Below, piece after piece: positions 37,810 through 47,604 of a stretch of 64,000 nt of DNA; within the stretch, counting starts at the first letter, position 1; each line of letters opens with the position of its first letter. The notes beneath the pieces were generated by a model. It did not search any database and was not told where the DNA came from. It saw only the letters and a list, made by a program, of their open reading frames with translations. Position numbers and translations under genes: made by a program. The DNA lies in the NCBI GenBank assembly GCA_963843645.1, contig CAWJLE010000005.1, positions 119,494 through 183,493 of the forward strand, in the 5' to 3' direction. This stretch comes from an uncultured Chloroflexia bacterium. GTDB lineage: Bacteria; Chloroflexota; Anaerolineae; DAOTYC01.

Positions 37810-38802
37810 TCAGATCTCCACCATCGCGCCGAACCCATCCTGGTCCGCTCTCTCCAGCACGTAGCGCGCAACGGACACGTCCTGGACCGCAATGCCCACC
37901 GCTTTGAAGAAGGTCACCTGGGCATCGTCCTCTCGGCCCGGCTTAAGCCCTGCTGCGATCTCACCGATCTCAGCGTACACGTCGCTCTCGCCGAACAAAC
38001 CTTCGCGTTTCGCCTGGATCAGGTCTCCGGCCTCTGCCCAGGCCGCCTCACGCGAGTCGACCACCACACGGGCGCGTTGCACCGTCGTCGATTCGATCTC
38101 TCGCATCTCCGGCGTGAACGAGCCGATCCCATTCAGGTGTACTCCGGCCCTGAGCGCGCTATCCGGGACGACTGCGGTACGCGCCGTGGTGGCGGTGCAG
38201 ATGACGTCGGCCTCGCGCACTGCCTCTGCCGGCGACGTGGCGACTCGAATGTCGGCCGGAATACGGCCGCCGCGCGCCCTCATTTCCTCCGCGTAGCGTT
38301 CCGCAGCGCCGCGGTCCAAGTCGTAGATCCACGCCCGGCGGATGTTGCGGACGGTGCAGACCCCTTCCAGCTGCGTGCGTCCCTGCACGCCCGCTCCGAA
38401 GACGGCGGCCGTCTCAGCGTCTGGCCGCGCCAGCCAACGCGTGGCGACGCCGGACGCGGCGCCGGTGCGCAGCGCCGTCAGGTACGCGCCGTCCATCAAG
38501 GCCCGTGGCTCGCCGGTCGCTGCGTCGTTGACGACCACCAGGGCATTGACCGTGGCCCGGCCCTTCCCGGCGTTGCGTGGGAAGATCGAGACGATCTTCA
38601 TCCCCAGAGCATCGCTGCGGGCGAGGTACGCTGGCATGTACAGCATGGTTCCTTCGTGGCGTTTCACGTCGATAGCCGTGCGGACCGGCACGATCGCTTG
38701 CCCCGCCGATAGCTGGACGAAGCTTTCCTGCACGACGTTGATGGCGACGTCCATGGATGCTGCTCTGCGCACGTCATCTCGAGACAGGACCCGTAGCTGC
38801 AT
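37810..38802 (-). CDS. Ornithine cyclodeaminase / mu-crystallin family protein
   Basis: A 330-aa product: MPAYL ... KIVSIFP.N ... TALRTGAASGVATRWLARPD ... VFGAGVQGRTQLEGV (Rossmann GxGxxG) ... INGIGSFTPEMREI is typical of the OCD/mu-crystallin family. Confidence 0.85.
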   Translation of the reverse strand: MQLRVLSRDDVRRAASMDVAINVVQESFVQLSAGQAIVPVRTAIDVKRHEGTMLYMPAYLARSDALGMKIVSIFPRNAGKGRATVNALVVVNDAATGEPRALMDGAYLTALRTGAASGVATRWLARPDAETAAVFGAGVQGRTQLEGVCTVRNIRRAWIYDLDRGAAERYAEEMRARGGRIPADIRVATSPAEAVREADVICTATTARTAVVPDSALRAGVHLNGIGSFTPEMREIESTTVQRARVVVDSREAAWAEAGDLIQAKREGLFGESDVYAEIGEIAAGLKPGREDDAQVTFFKAVGIAVQDVSVARYVLERADQDGFGAMVEI

Positions 38803-38858
38803 CGTTGTGCCTCCGTTGGTTGGGCCTCACAGAAGCGAGGGTGAGTGCTCCTACGGCT

Positions 38859-40896
38859 CTACGTGCCGCGTGCCGCGCCATCCCGTCCCAGGCTGGGCGT
38901 GCCGATGGCACGGGCCCACACACGATAAGTGTCGGGGCCGTCCGGCTCAGTCTGCTGGATGACCTGCGGCGTGTCTGCGCCGCCGGCCGTCGCTTCGGCG
39001 AGGGCGGCCTGTCGCGTGGCCTCCGACGCGTAGGCCAGCGCCGGTTCCAGCTCGGAAAACTGCATGCGGCCGTTCCCGGCCTGCACGTAGTAGCCGACCA
39101 CATTCAGCTCGTAGAACTGCGGATAGACCCGCGCCTGACGCGACACGACGACGCTACCCGACACCGCACCGACCGCGTTGGCGACCCCGTAGTGCGGGGG
39201 CAGAATCAGGTTCGTTTGCAGAAAGTCCGCCACGCGCCGGAGGAAGACGTCCGCCGGCGCGCCGATGCCGATGATGGGCATGCCGAGCCGCAGACGCGTC
39301 TGAAGGTACTTATGCGACGGATACAGGCTGTTCTCGAATACCCACCAGCCAAAGTCGTTGGTCGGCCACCGCGGCCGTGACGGCAGCGCCTTGTGGCTCA
39401 GGTAGATCAACACCTCACGCACGATCATCTCGGCCATGGTCGTCAGGACGGCCTGGTTCATCTCGGCAGGGGTCTGTCCGGACAGCCGACAGAGCGAGCC
39501 CACGGCCGCCGCTGCGGCTTCTTTGTCCCACGGGCAGTATTCGCCGGTGACGTGCAACAGGTCGGTCGGAGTCAGACCGGACTGCTCCACGATCTCCTCG
39601 CGGAGCAGATCGCGCACGGACGGTGGGAACTGCATGGGGTGAAAGAGGCCGAGTCGCTTCAACACCTCGCGGAGAGGCTGAGGTCCGCCGGACAACGCCT
39701 CGACCACCGTTCTGACCATGGGGTGACGATTGCGGACCGACTCCGGCGCCTCGCCCACCAGGCGCCAGTATTCCAGGTCGTCCGAGGAAAGGTCCTTTAC
39801 CGCCCGGTGTGTCAGTGAGAGCAGCTGCCGGCGCACGGACTGGTGCGTGTGGGCCAGGTAAGCCAGCGGCACCACTCGCTGCGGGCCGATGATCAAGCGG
39901 TTTTCGCGTCCGAGGGTGATGTGGCTGTCGCCGCCCAACCCGATGGATTGCAGCGCCGCCCCCTTGACTGCGGTGCGGTACTCTCCGACCATAGCGCCCT
40001 GGTCGCTGATCATCACCTGGCCGCCGTCGATCACCGCCAGGTCGGTGGTGGTACCGCCGATGTCGATGACCAATGCCCGATCGAGCCCGGACAGGAAGCG
40101 CGCGCCGATGGCGCTGGCCGCCGGGCCGGAATGCACGGTCTCCACCGGGCGGTGCGCCACGGATTCGGCGCTGACCAGCGTCCCATCGCCTTTCACGACC
40201 ATGAGCGGTGCGCGGATGCCGCCGCCGGACCATTGCGGCGGAGACGGCGGACATGAAGTCCTTGAGGATGGCTAACAGGGAAGCATTCAGGGTCGCCGTC
40301 GTCGCTCGCTGGATCGAGTCGAGGTCCATCGATAGCTGGTGGCCCAGCACCACCGGCAGATCGGTCACGTCGGTCAGGGCCCTGGCGATGCGCTCTTCGT
40401 GCGAGTTGTTGAGCGGGCTGAAGTAGCCGGACACTGCCACGGCGTCGATCTCGTGCCGGCGAGCCAGGTTGCTGACCCAGGCGACGATCTCGGCTTCTTC
40501 GAGCGGGGCTTGTTCCGCGCCCTCCAGGTCATGCCCGCCGCGGAAGTAGCGATAAAGCGGCGTGCCGAAGCGTCCGGCCAGGTCGTAAGCCTGCACCAGC
40601 TCGGGGTCGTAGCCCGCCAGAACGAGCGCGACACGCCGGCCGCGACCCTCGGCTATGGCGTTGGTGGCGAGCGTGGTGGAGATGGAAACCAGCTTGACGC
40701 GCGCCGGATCGTCAATAGGAAGCTGCTCCAACACGGCGGTCACGCACTGCGTCAGGTCGTGCCGGGTGGTCAGCGACTTGGTACTGGCAAGGATGGTGCG
40801 CCCGTGGTAGTTCAACAACACGCCGTCGGTGTAGGTGCCGCCGGTGTCGATGCCCACCACCAGGCTGTCGTGTTCGTCTGATGAGATGGCCGTCAC
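38859..40896 (-). CDS. Hydantoinase/oxoprolinase-family protein (ASKHA fold; one frame break near 40225)
   Basis: N-terminal VVGIDTGGTYTDGVLL ... ISTTLATNAI (ORF 39415..40896) continues as GGIRAPLMVVKGDGTLV ... LVIDIGGTTTDLAVI (ORF 38859..40202). Confidence 0.78.
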
Positions 40897-40951
40897 TCGA
40901 ATCTCCTTGGGGTGTGATGACGGCCTAGTTTATCACCTGTATTTGTGCGTG

Positions 40952-42505
40952 TCAATCAGAGTCGGGCCGGTGATGCATTACCACTTCGGTCACCCTGTCG
41001 AAGCTGGGCTTCAGCGCCGGGTAGAGCGCCCGGTAGATCTCGTAGTACTCATCGTACAGCCGGCGGCGCTCGGCGTCCGGTGTGGTTTGCTCCACGACGC
41101 GAATCGCATCGTGGCAGGCCTCTTCGACGCTGTCGTACACGCCGGCGCCCACTGCCGCGAGCAGGGCCGCTCCGTAGGCCGGTCCCTCGGTCGCGTTGAT
41201 GGTGACCATCTCCGTGCCGAACACGTCGGCCTGAATTTGTCGCCACAATGCGCTCCGGCCGCCGCCGCCCGATGCCCGAACCTGCGTCACCGGGTTGCCC
41301 ATCTCGGTCACAATGATTTCCAGTGAATCGCGCAGGCTGTAGGCCACACCCTCGAGGACTGCCCGGACCATGTGCTGGCGCACGTGACGTCCGGTGAGGC
41401 CGAAGAAGACCCCCTTGGCGTTCGGGTCCAGGTGCGGTGCACGCTCGCCCATCAAGTACGGCAGGAAGATGAGGCCCTCGGAGCCGGGTTCCGCCAGGGA
41501 GGCCTCTTCGGTCAACAGCTCGTAGGGATCCCGGCCTGTGTTCTGGCCGACGACCATCTCCGCGCCGCTGCAATGGTCGCGGAACCAGCGCAACGACAGG
41601 CCGGCGCCCTGCGTCACGCCCATGACGTGCCACTTGCCCGGCACGGCGTGACAGAATGTCTGCATGCGACCCTTGGGATCGAGGCGCGGCTCTTCCGTGA
41701 ACGCGAACACAACTCCGGACGAGCCGATGGTGGACGAGACGACGCCGGGTTCGACGACGCCGTTGCCTACGCCGCCGGCTGCCTGGTCTCCCCCGCCCCC
41801 GACCACCGGCGCCCCTTCGGGCAGTCCGGTACGCCGCGCTGCGTCGCGGGTGACGTGGCCGCTGATCACCGGCGACTCGAGCACCTCGGGCAGTATCGAA
41901 CGCTTCAGCCCCAGCGCTGCCAGCACCTCGTCTGACCATCTGCGCTGGCGCACGTCGAACAGGCTGGTGCCGGAAGCGTCGGACACCTCCGAGGCGAATT
42001 CGCCGGTCAGTTTGAAGCGGATGTAGTCCTTGGGCAGCAAAAACCTGCGGACCCGGGTGAACGTTTCCGGCTCGTTGTCTCGGACCCAGAGGATCTTCGG
42101 TGCGCTGAAACCGGTGAGCGCCGGATTGCAGGTCAGCTCGATCAGGCGCTCTGCTCCGACGCGTTCGGTGATCCAATCGCACTGCGCCTGGCTGCGCTGG
42201 TCGCACCAGATGAGCGCCGGACGCAGCACCTCGTTCTTCTCGTCGAGCAGGACCACGCCGTGCATCTGCCCGGTCAAGCCGACGCCGATGATATCACCCG
42301 AAGCGATGCCCGACTTCTGCACGACCTTGTGGATGGCGTCCATCGTTGCCCGCCACCAATCGGCCGGGTCCTGTTCTGCCCACAAAGGCCGGGGCGTGTA
42401 CAGCGGGTATTCTTCGGTCGCGCCCGCGACCACCTGTCCGCGTTCGTCGACGAGCAAGGCGCGCGTCCCGGTCGTGCCGACGTCGATGCCCAGCAGATAC
42501 GCCAT
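40952..42505 (-). CDS. xylB: Xylulokinase (FGGY carbohydrate kinase)
   Basis: MAYLLGIDVGTTGTRALLVDERGQVV ... GLTGQMHGVVLLD ... GGGDQAAGGVGNG ... ASGGGGRSALWRQIQADVFG. It lies adjacent to a xylose-isomerase-like gene. The ATG at 42505 is preferred to 42529. Confidence 0.88.
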   Translation of the reverse strand: MAYLLGIDVGTTGTRALLVDERGQVVAGATEEYPLYTPRPLWAEQDPADWWRATMDAIHKVVQKSGIASGDIIGVGLTGQMHGVVLLDEKNEVLRPALIWCDQRSQAQCDWITERVGAERLIELTCNPALTGFSAPKILWVRDNEPETFTRVRRFLLPKDYIRFKLTGEFASEVSDASGTSLFDVRQRRWSDEVLAALGLKRSILPEVLESPVISGHVTRDAARRTGLPEGAPVVGGGGDQAAGGVGNGVVEPGVVSSTIGSSGVVFAFTEEPRLDPKGRMQTFCHAVPGKWHVMGVTQGAGLSLRWFRDHCSGAEMVVGQNTGRDPYELLTEEASLAEPGSEGLIFLPYLMGERAPHLDPNAKGVFFGLTGRHVRQHMVRAVLEGVAYSLRDSLEIIVTEMGNPVTQVRASGGGGRSALWRQIQADVFGTEMVTINATEGPAYGAALLAAVGAGVYDSVEEACHDAIRVVEQTTPDAERRRLYDEYYEIYRALYPALKPSFDRVTEVVMHHRPDSD

Positions 42506-42598
42506 GGTTGTGCCTCCTGTGTCGGACACTCATCGAGCGCGGCTCCCTGTCTGGGGAGCACGACGTCCCGGGAGCTGCGCTCGATGAATCGGTGATGC

Positions 42599-43753
42599 CT
42601 ACCAGCTGATCGGCAGGCGGTTCAGGGCCGGCAGCCTGTCGGGGTGCGCCGCCCTGCGGCGGATCAGGTAAGCCTCGAGCCAGCCTCGTGACTCGGCCGG
42701 ATGTTCCGTGGACCAGAGGACCTGCTCGTGATCGATCTCGTTGATGCGATCGTTGGCGGCGCGGAGCGCGTCGATGTTGTTCTTGATCGCGGTGGCGACG
42801 GGCATGCGCTGGGGGTCCAGGTCGAGGCCGAAGTAGCCGCGGTAGCCGTACATTTTGAGCACGTACAACGTGGCCTCGGTTTGCTCTGGCGACAGAACGC
42901 CGACGTTGAGGTCCTGATCGTAGTTGCCGGACGGCTGGCTGTTCCAGTGCGTGTGAGTCAGACGGCCGTACTCCATGACCAGGCTGAAGGCGTACGGGGG
43001 ATCTTCGGTGGCCATCATCATGTGGCCCACCTCCGGGTTCATCCCGCACATGGCATGGCCCTCGGCCATCAGCCTCTTGTTCTCCGGGTGCTGCAGCAAC
43101 CCCTCTACCTTCTGGGCGAGGAGGAGACCCTCGGGCGTCGTTCCATAGTAAATGTGAGTGCGTGGTTCGTAGGGCTTGGGTTCCTCGGCCACGCGTATGC
43201 CAGGCACGGCATCCATGGCTTCGGCCAGTCCCTGGGCGAACCGGTCTCGCGCGTGGGTGAAGTCCGTGCCAAACGAATTGTCGTAGCCATCACCGCCGGG
43301 CCACACTACCGCGAAATCGGTGTTCAGCTCGCGGTTGAGCTCCAGCGAGCGTTTGACCCGATCGATTGCCGCCCGGCGCACCTGCGGAATCGGCGAAGCC
43401 AGCGAGCTCCACTCGAATTGCGCGTCGTAGAACAGGTTTGGGATCACCGTGATCAGCCGGATGCCGGTGTCCTTCGTGAAGGACTTCCACAGCTCCACGT
43501 TGTCCTCGTTGATCTCGTTTGGATAGTGGGCTTCCATTCCGGCCAGGCCGTAATCACCGAGAGTCGCCGCAATGTCCAGCCGCTCCGCGATGCTCATGTC
43601 CCTCGTGTAACGATCGTGGAACCGGCCGCCGCCGGGAGCGAAAAACCAGATTCCGGCGGAGATCTTCAGGTCAAGCTGGAACGTTTTCAGGTGCTGAACC
43701 ATCTCTTGCGGTGTGCGGCGCTTTGCCTGCTCGCGCAAATCCTGCAGACCCAT
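42599..43753 (-). CDS. xylA: Xylose isomerase-family TIM-barrel sugar isomerase (divergent, class I-like length)
   Basis: A 384-aa product. EEPKPYEPR, NPEVGHMMMA and HTHWNSQPSGNYDQDLNVG line up with the EPKPNEPR / NPEVGHEQMAG / HIDLNGQ..YDQDL motifs of actinobacterial xylose isomerase (from memory). It is the neighbour of xylB. Confidence 0.65.
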   Translation of the reverse strand: MGLQDLREQAKRRTPQEMVQHLKTFQLDLKISAGIWFFAPGGGRFHDRYTRDMSIAERLDIAATLGDYGLAGMEAHYPNEINEDNVELWKSFTKDTGIRLITVIPNLFYDAQFEWSSLASPIPQVRRAAIDRVKRSLELNRELNTDFAVVWPGGDGYDNSFGTDFTHARDRFAQGLAEAMDAVPGIRVAEEPKPYEPRTHIYYGTTPEGLLLAQKVEGLLQHPENKRLMAEGHAMCGMNPEVGHMMMATEDPPYAFSLVMEYGRLTHTHWNSQPSGNYDQDLNVGVLSPEQTEATLYVLKMYGYRGYFGLDLDPQRMPVATAIKNNIDALRAANDRINEIDHEQVLWSTEHPAESRGWLEAYLIRRRAAHPDRLPALNRLPISW

Positions 43754-43811
43754 CTCCTGTGTCTCCCTTCTTGAGTGATGTACGGTGATGGCTAATTGTA
43801 TGCTAGTATGC

Positions 43812-43851
43812 GCACAAAAGTCAAGGAGCCCTAAAGATCTCGGGCTCCTTG
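43812..43851 (-). terminator. Intrinsic terminator downstream of cyclase paralogue 1
   Basis: A 10-bp stem, CAAGGAGCCC (43822-43831) / GGGCTCCTTG (43842-43851), followed on the minus strand by ACTTTTGTG. Confidence 0.6.
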
Positions 43852-43894
43852 CGGGAAACAGTCAAACTCCGGAAATCCTGGAGAGTTGCGAAGT

Positions 43895-44749
43895 TCACCC
43901 CTCTTCCGGCACGATGGCGAAGACGCGCGCCGGGAAGCCGGTTCCGTCTTTCGGTTTCGGCACCACGGCGAAGACGATGCCGCCTGATTCCGGCACCTGA
44001 TCCAGGTTGGCCATCAGCTCGATTTGGTAGTGATCGTGGTGCAGGATGTACGACTCGCACTGGAATCCTGTCACGTCCTGAACGAAGGCTGCATCGGTAT
44101 CGGCCGGCTCGTGGCCGCTGGCGTCGATCTTCCGCACCTCGTATAGATACTGCAGCGCGTCAAGCTTCCATCCGGGATAGTGAGCCTTGCCGTCGGCGTC
44201 CTTGTTCTCGTACTTCTCTTGCGACGGCCAACGCTTGCTCCAATCAGAGCGCATGGCAACGAACGCGCCTTCCGGAACAGGACCGTACTTGGCCTCCCAC
44301 GCCTTGACGTCGTCCAGGGTCAGCTCGTAGTCGGGATTGGCGGCGACCTTGTCCGCGCAGTTGATGACGACGAGCGGAGCTACCATTTCCTTAAGCTCGA
44401 TCTTGTCCACGAAGCGCCCGCCCTCAGCGAAATGGCCGGGCGGGTCCATGTGCGTGCCGTACTGGCCTGGGTGCACAAATTCCTGAGCGTAGAATCCGTC
44501 TTTCTCGTAAGTGTAAAGCGTATTGAACTGGGCGGGCTCGAAACCGGGCCAGCGAGGGGTGTCTGGGGAGAACGTATTCGTCAGGTCGACCCATTTGTAG
44601 GTTTTCAGTTTGGCCAGTGTGTCCCACAGCTCCGGAGTCGTGGCGGCGGCAGAAGTGTGAGGAGCGAAAATGCTGAACTGGGAGATGCCGACGAGAATCA
44701 GGCTCAACGTCAAAACAACGGCAATAATGCTCAGTATCCTGGTCTTCAT
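43895..44749 (-). CDS. Secreted cyclase-family protein (kynurenine formamidase-like fold), paralogue 1
   Basis: N-terminal signal/anchor MKTRILSIIAVVLTLSLILVGI, then VDLTNTFSPDTPRWPG ... HPGQYGTHMDPPGHF (metal-binding motif region of the putative cyclase family). The product is 284 aa. Confidence 0.75.
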   Translation of the reverse strand: MKTRILSIIAVVLTLSLILVGISQFSIFAPHTSAAATTPELWDTLAKLKTYKWVDLTNTFSPDTPRWPGFEPAQFNTLYTYEKDGFYAQEFVHPGQYGTHMDPPGHFAEGGRFVDKIELKEMVAPLVVINCADKVAANPDYELTLDDVKAWEAKYGPVPEGAFVAMRSDWSKRWPSQEKYENKDADGKAHYPGWKLDALQYLYEVRKIDASGHEPADTDAAFVQDVTGFQCESYILHHDHYQIELMANLDQVPESGGIVFAVVPKPKDGTGFPARVFAIVPEEG

Positions 44750-44902
44750 CGTTCTTCCTTTCTGGTTTGGGCTCGCGCATGAAAATGGACTTGCCGATCG
44801 AAACGAATGACTCGGTTTCGCAGCAACGGTACGGAGTGGGGGTGTCCTCCTTTCTGGGCCATCAGTCCCGAAGAGCGGACAAGACAGCGGCGTCTCGCCG
44901 AC

Positions 44903-44943
44903 GAATATAAAACAGCAGGGCTCGATCAGTTCGAGCCCCGCTG
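44903..44943 (-). terminator. Intrinsic terminator downstream of cyclase paralogue 2
   Basis: On the minus strand, the stem CAGCGGGGCTCGA / TCGAGCCCTGCTG (44913-44943, one G-T pair) is followed by TTTTATATT (44903-44912 on plus). Confidence 0.7.
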
Positions 44944-44978
44944 CTCAACGCCGCTTCGAAATGGGTTGAGGCTTGTGG

Positions 44979-46301
44979 TTACGGCACGACCGCAAAGACT
45001 CGGGCCGGGAATCCGGAGCCGTTCAGGGGCTTCGGGACGGTCACGAAAACGATGGCGCCGGCTTCCGGAACCTTGTCGAGGTTGCAGAGCAACTCGATCT
45101 GGTAGTGGTTGGTGTTCAGTACGTACGTCTCACCGGCAAACCCGGTGGTGTTCTGGGCCAGGGCGGCATCTGTGTCGAGCGTTTCGTGGCCGCTGGCACC
45201 GATCTTGCGCGTTTCGTACAGGTACTTCAACGCATCCAGCGACCAGCCGGGGTAATGGGCCTGACCCTTGGCATCCTTGTTCTCGTACTTGGCCTGATAG
45301 GGCCATCTCTTGTACCAATCGGACCGCATGGCAACGAAGGAGTCGGCCGGGACGGGACCGTACTGCGCTTCCCAGGCCTTGACATCGTTGACGGTCAGCT
45401 CGTAGTCCGGATTGGCGGCCACTTTGTCGGCCACGTTGATGACCACCAGGGGCATGGCCATCTCCTTCAGGTCGATCTGGTCGATGGTGCGCAGTCCCTT
45501 GATGAAGTGAGCCGGCGGGTCCATGTGCGTCCCATACTGGCCGGGGTGCACGAATTCCTGCGCGAAAAAGCCGTCCTTGTCGTAGTTGTACAACGTCTTG
45601 AACTGGGCAGGCTCGAAGCCGGGCCACCGGGGCGTATCAGGGCTGAAGGTTTCGGTCAGATCCACCCAGTTGTACGTCTTGAGCTTGGCGATTTCGTCCC
45701 AAAGAGTGAACGAAGCCGGGGCCGCGGCGGGTCCGGGAGCGGGCGCTTCAGTAGCGGCTGGTGCCATAGTGGCTTCAGGCGCCGGAGCGGCTTCTGTTGC
45801 AGCGGTCGCCTCCGGTGCGGCTGCTTCCGCCGCGGGTGTGGCCTCTCCGCCGCTAATCGCCAGATCGGGGATCAGCACGGAGCCGGGGGTCTGTCCGCGC
45901 CATTCAGCAAAGACTTTGGTCTTCAGCGTATCCGCCGCCGCGCCTTTCGGGTCCAGGTAATAGGAGAGCGGACCGACGGACTGATTGGCAGGGACCTTCA
46001 GGACGGTGTACGAAATTTCCTTGCCGTCGAACTTCGGCGTGGCATACGAAATCGTCTCGAACCGGTTGAACTCCACACCGGCGGGCAAGCTCAGCGTGAC
46101 CATGACGTCCGCCAGGTCTACGTCGGACAGGTTCTTGAGGATGATATCTTGCCGCAGCAAGCTATCGACCGGCGTAGTCGAACTCTGAATCTCCAGCGGG
46201 GGCCACACGTTTCCCTGTGCGAAGGCAAGGCTTGGAAGAAGGGCCAGACTGAAGATGACCACAACTGCCAATACTCGTGCAACAGCCATGCACCTGCTCA
46301 T
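44979..46301 (-). CDS. Secreted two-domain protein: N-terminal beta-sandwich-like domain, Ala/Pro/Glu/Thr linker, C-terminal cyclase-family domain (paralogue 2)
   Basis: ATG at 46301 lies 5 nt after AAGGAG. Signal peptide MSRCMAVARVLAVVVIFSLALLPSLAFAQG. The C-terminal ~240 aa is about 70 percent identical by eye to 43895..44749 (VDLTETFSPDTPRWPG ... HPGQYGTHMDPPAHF). Confidence 0.75.
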   Translation of the reverse strand: MSRCMAVARVLAVVVIFSLALLPSLAFAQGNVWPPLEIQSSTTPVDSLLRQDIILKNLSDVDLADVMVTLSLPAGVEFNRFETISYATPKFDGKEISYTVLKVPANQSVGPLSYYLDPKGAAADTLKTKVFAEWRGQTPGSVLIPDLAISGGEATPAAEAAAPEATAATEAAPAPEATMAPAATEAPAPGPAAAPASFTLWDEIAKLKTYNWVDLTETFSPDTPRWPGFEPAQFKTLYNYDKDGFFAQEFVHPGQYGTHMDPPAHFIKGLRTIDQIDLKEMAMPLVVINVADKVAANPDYELTVNDVKAWEAQYGPVPADSFVAMRSDWYKRWPYQAKYENKDAKGQAHYPGWSLDALKYLYETRKIGASGHETLDTDAALAQNTTGFAGETYVLNTNHYQIELLCNLDKVPEAGAIVFVTVPKPLNGSGFPARVFAVVP

Positions 46302-46535
46302 AAAAACTCCTTTCCTGCAAACGGTTGTGGATGTAACCGGGCCCGGAGGGGACGGGGCCCCAGCAGCGCGCGCTCCATTGGGCTCGCCGCTATCGTTGGG
46401 TAGACCTCGAACCAACTGCGCTGCCCTGGACGAGACCGCCCAAGCACGCACCGAAATGTGGAACAGCTTACCAAACGAGATGACCGCAATTATACCATGG
46501 TTAGTTCTGTAGTTCAATAGCCCAAATGGGCCAAC

Positions 46536-47585
46536 TCAGGAGGCATCAGCCGCGCCAGGCCATGCCAGCTCACAGTATGCATTCCGGCAGGGCGCGCCCA
46601 ACGCGTACGCCACGCGCCGAGATCCGGGATCACACACGGCCGACCAGAGCGTGGCCGCACCGTCATCGTGACCGCAAACGTGAGCGGAATGGTCGCTCAT
46701 CACCTCCTGTATCGGCTGTAGAGGATCGCTGGAATCCCACGTGGAAGGTCCCCTCCGCAGTCGAAGCAGCCGGCCGCGTGAGTGCGTCAACGTCCTGCGA
46801 CCGTGGAACGGCTGCAGGTCCGGATGCTGATAATGGTTGGTCACGGCCAGAACGTCCGTCCGACCGCCTGACACGCGCACGGTTCCGGCGTGGCTTTCGA
46901 CCACGTACATCTCGTCTCGATCGGCCATGAAATAGTTGAACGTGTGAAAGAGCGGCATCAGGCGAATGGTGTTCATGGCTTCCCGCGCGGTGCGGCACGT
47001 TTCGAGGGCAATCCGCACGACGAGATGGAAGGGCACGCCGGGACGGATGCACTTTGGGTGCTCCGACATGACCGTGTGCAGAGAGACGAACACGCCGAAC
47101 TCGTTGACGCCGTCGTAGCGACCCCCGATGAGGCCGCTGTTGGTGCCCAAGTGCGCTGCGTAGCCCGGGGGAGCCGTGTAGATCAGGTAGCGATGGTGTT
47201 GGCGATGGCGGAAGTCGTAGTTGCGACCGATCCGCACGCGCCCGTCGGACCCGCGATAGCCGACGGTGGAGCACTGGCCGATCTGGCCGCGGGTGACGTT
47301 CAGCGACACGTGCGACAGGAGCTGCGCGAGAGGAAGCTGCTTGGCCTCGGCGAAACCCTCGTATTCGGCTTCCAGGCCAGGGTCGATCCGACTCACCTCT
47401 CGGAGGCAGGCCCAGCCGAAGTCCGGGTCCGGCTTGTCCGGAGTCCGCTGCGGAATCGTCCGCAGTGGGGTGACCCGGCCCAGGTACCGGCCAATCGCCG
47501 CGTGGGCGCCCGGCGCTGTGAAGATGCGATAGTCGGCCCGTTCTTCCTGAGCCAGGTTTTCCTCGTCACAAGTTCGTGCCGTCAA
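46536..47585 (-). CDS. Peptidase C45 family protein (acyl-CoA:6-APA acyltransferase-like Ntn hydrolase)
   Basis: TTG at 47585 lies 5 nt after GGAGAGAG. GQCSTVGYRGSDGRVRIGRNYDF ... GGRYDGVNEFGVFVSLH ... FNYFMADRDEMYVVE ... VTNHY fits the C45 pattern with a nucleophile Cys. The Arg-rich part of the listed ORF upstream of 47585 was rejected. Confidence 0.7.
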   Translation of the reverse strand: MTARTCDEENLAQEERADYRIFTAPGAHAAIGRYLGRVTPLRTIPQRTPDKPDPDFGWACLREVSRIDPGLEAEYEGFAEAKQLPLAQLLSHVSLNVTRGQIGQCSTVGYRGSDGRVRIGRNYDFRHRQHHRYLIYTAPPGYAAHLGTNSGLIGGRYDGVNEFGVFVSLHTVMSEHPKCIRPGVPFHLVVRIALETCRTAREAMNTIRLMPLFHTFNYFMADRDEMYVVESHAGTVRVSGGRTDVLAVTNHYQHPDLQPFHGRRTLTHSRGRLLRLRRGPSTWDSSDPLQPIQEVMSDHSAHVCGHDDGAATLWSAVCDPGSRRVAYALGAPCRNAYCELAWPGAADAS

Positions 47586-47604
47586 AAAGCTCTCTCCAGC
47601 CCAC

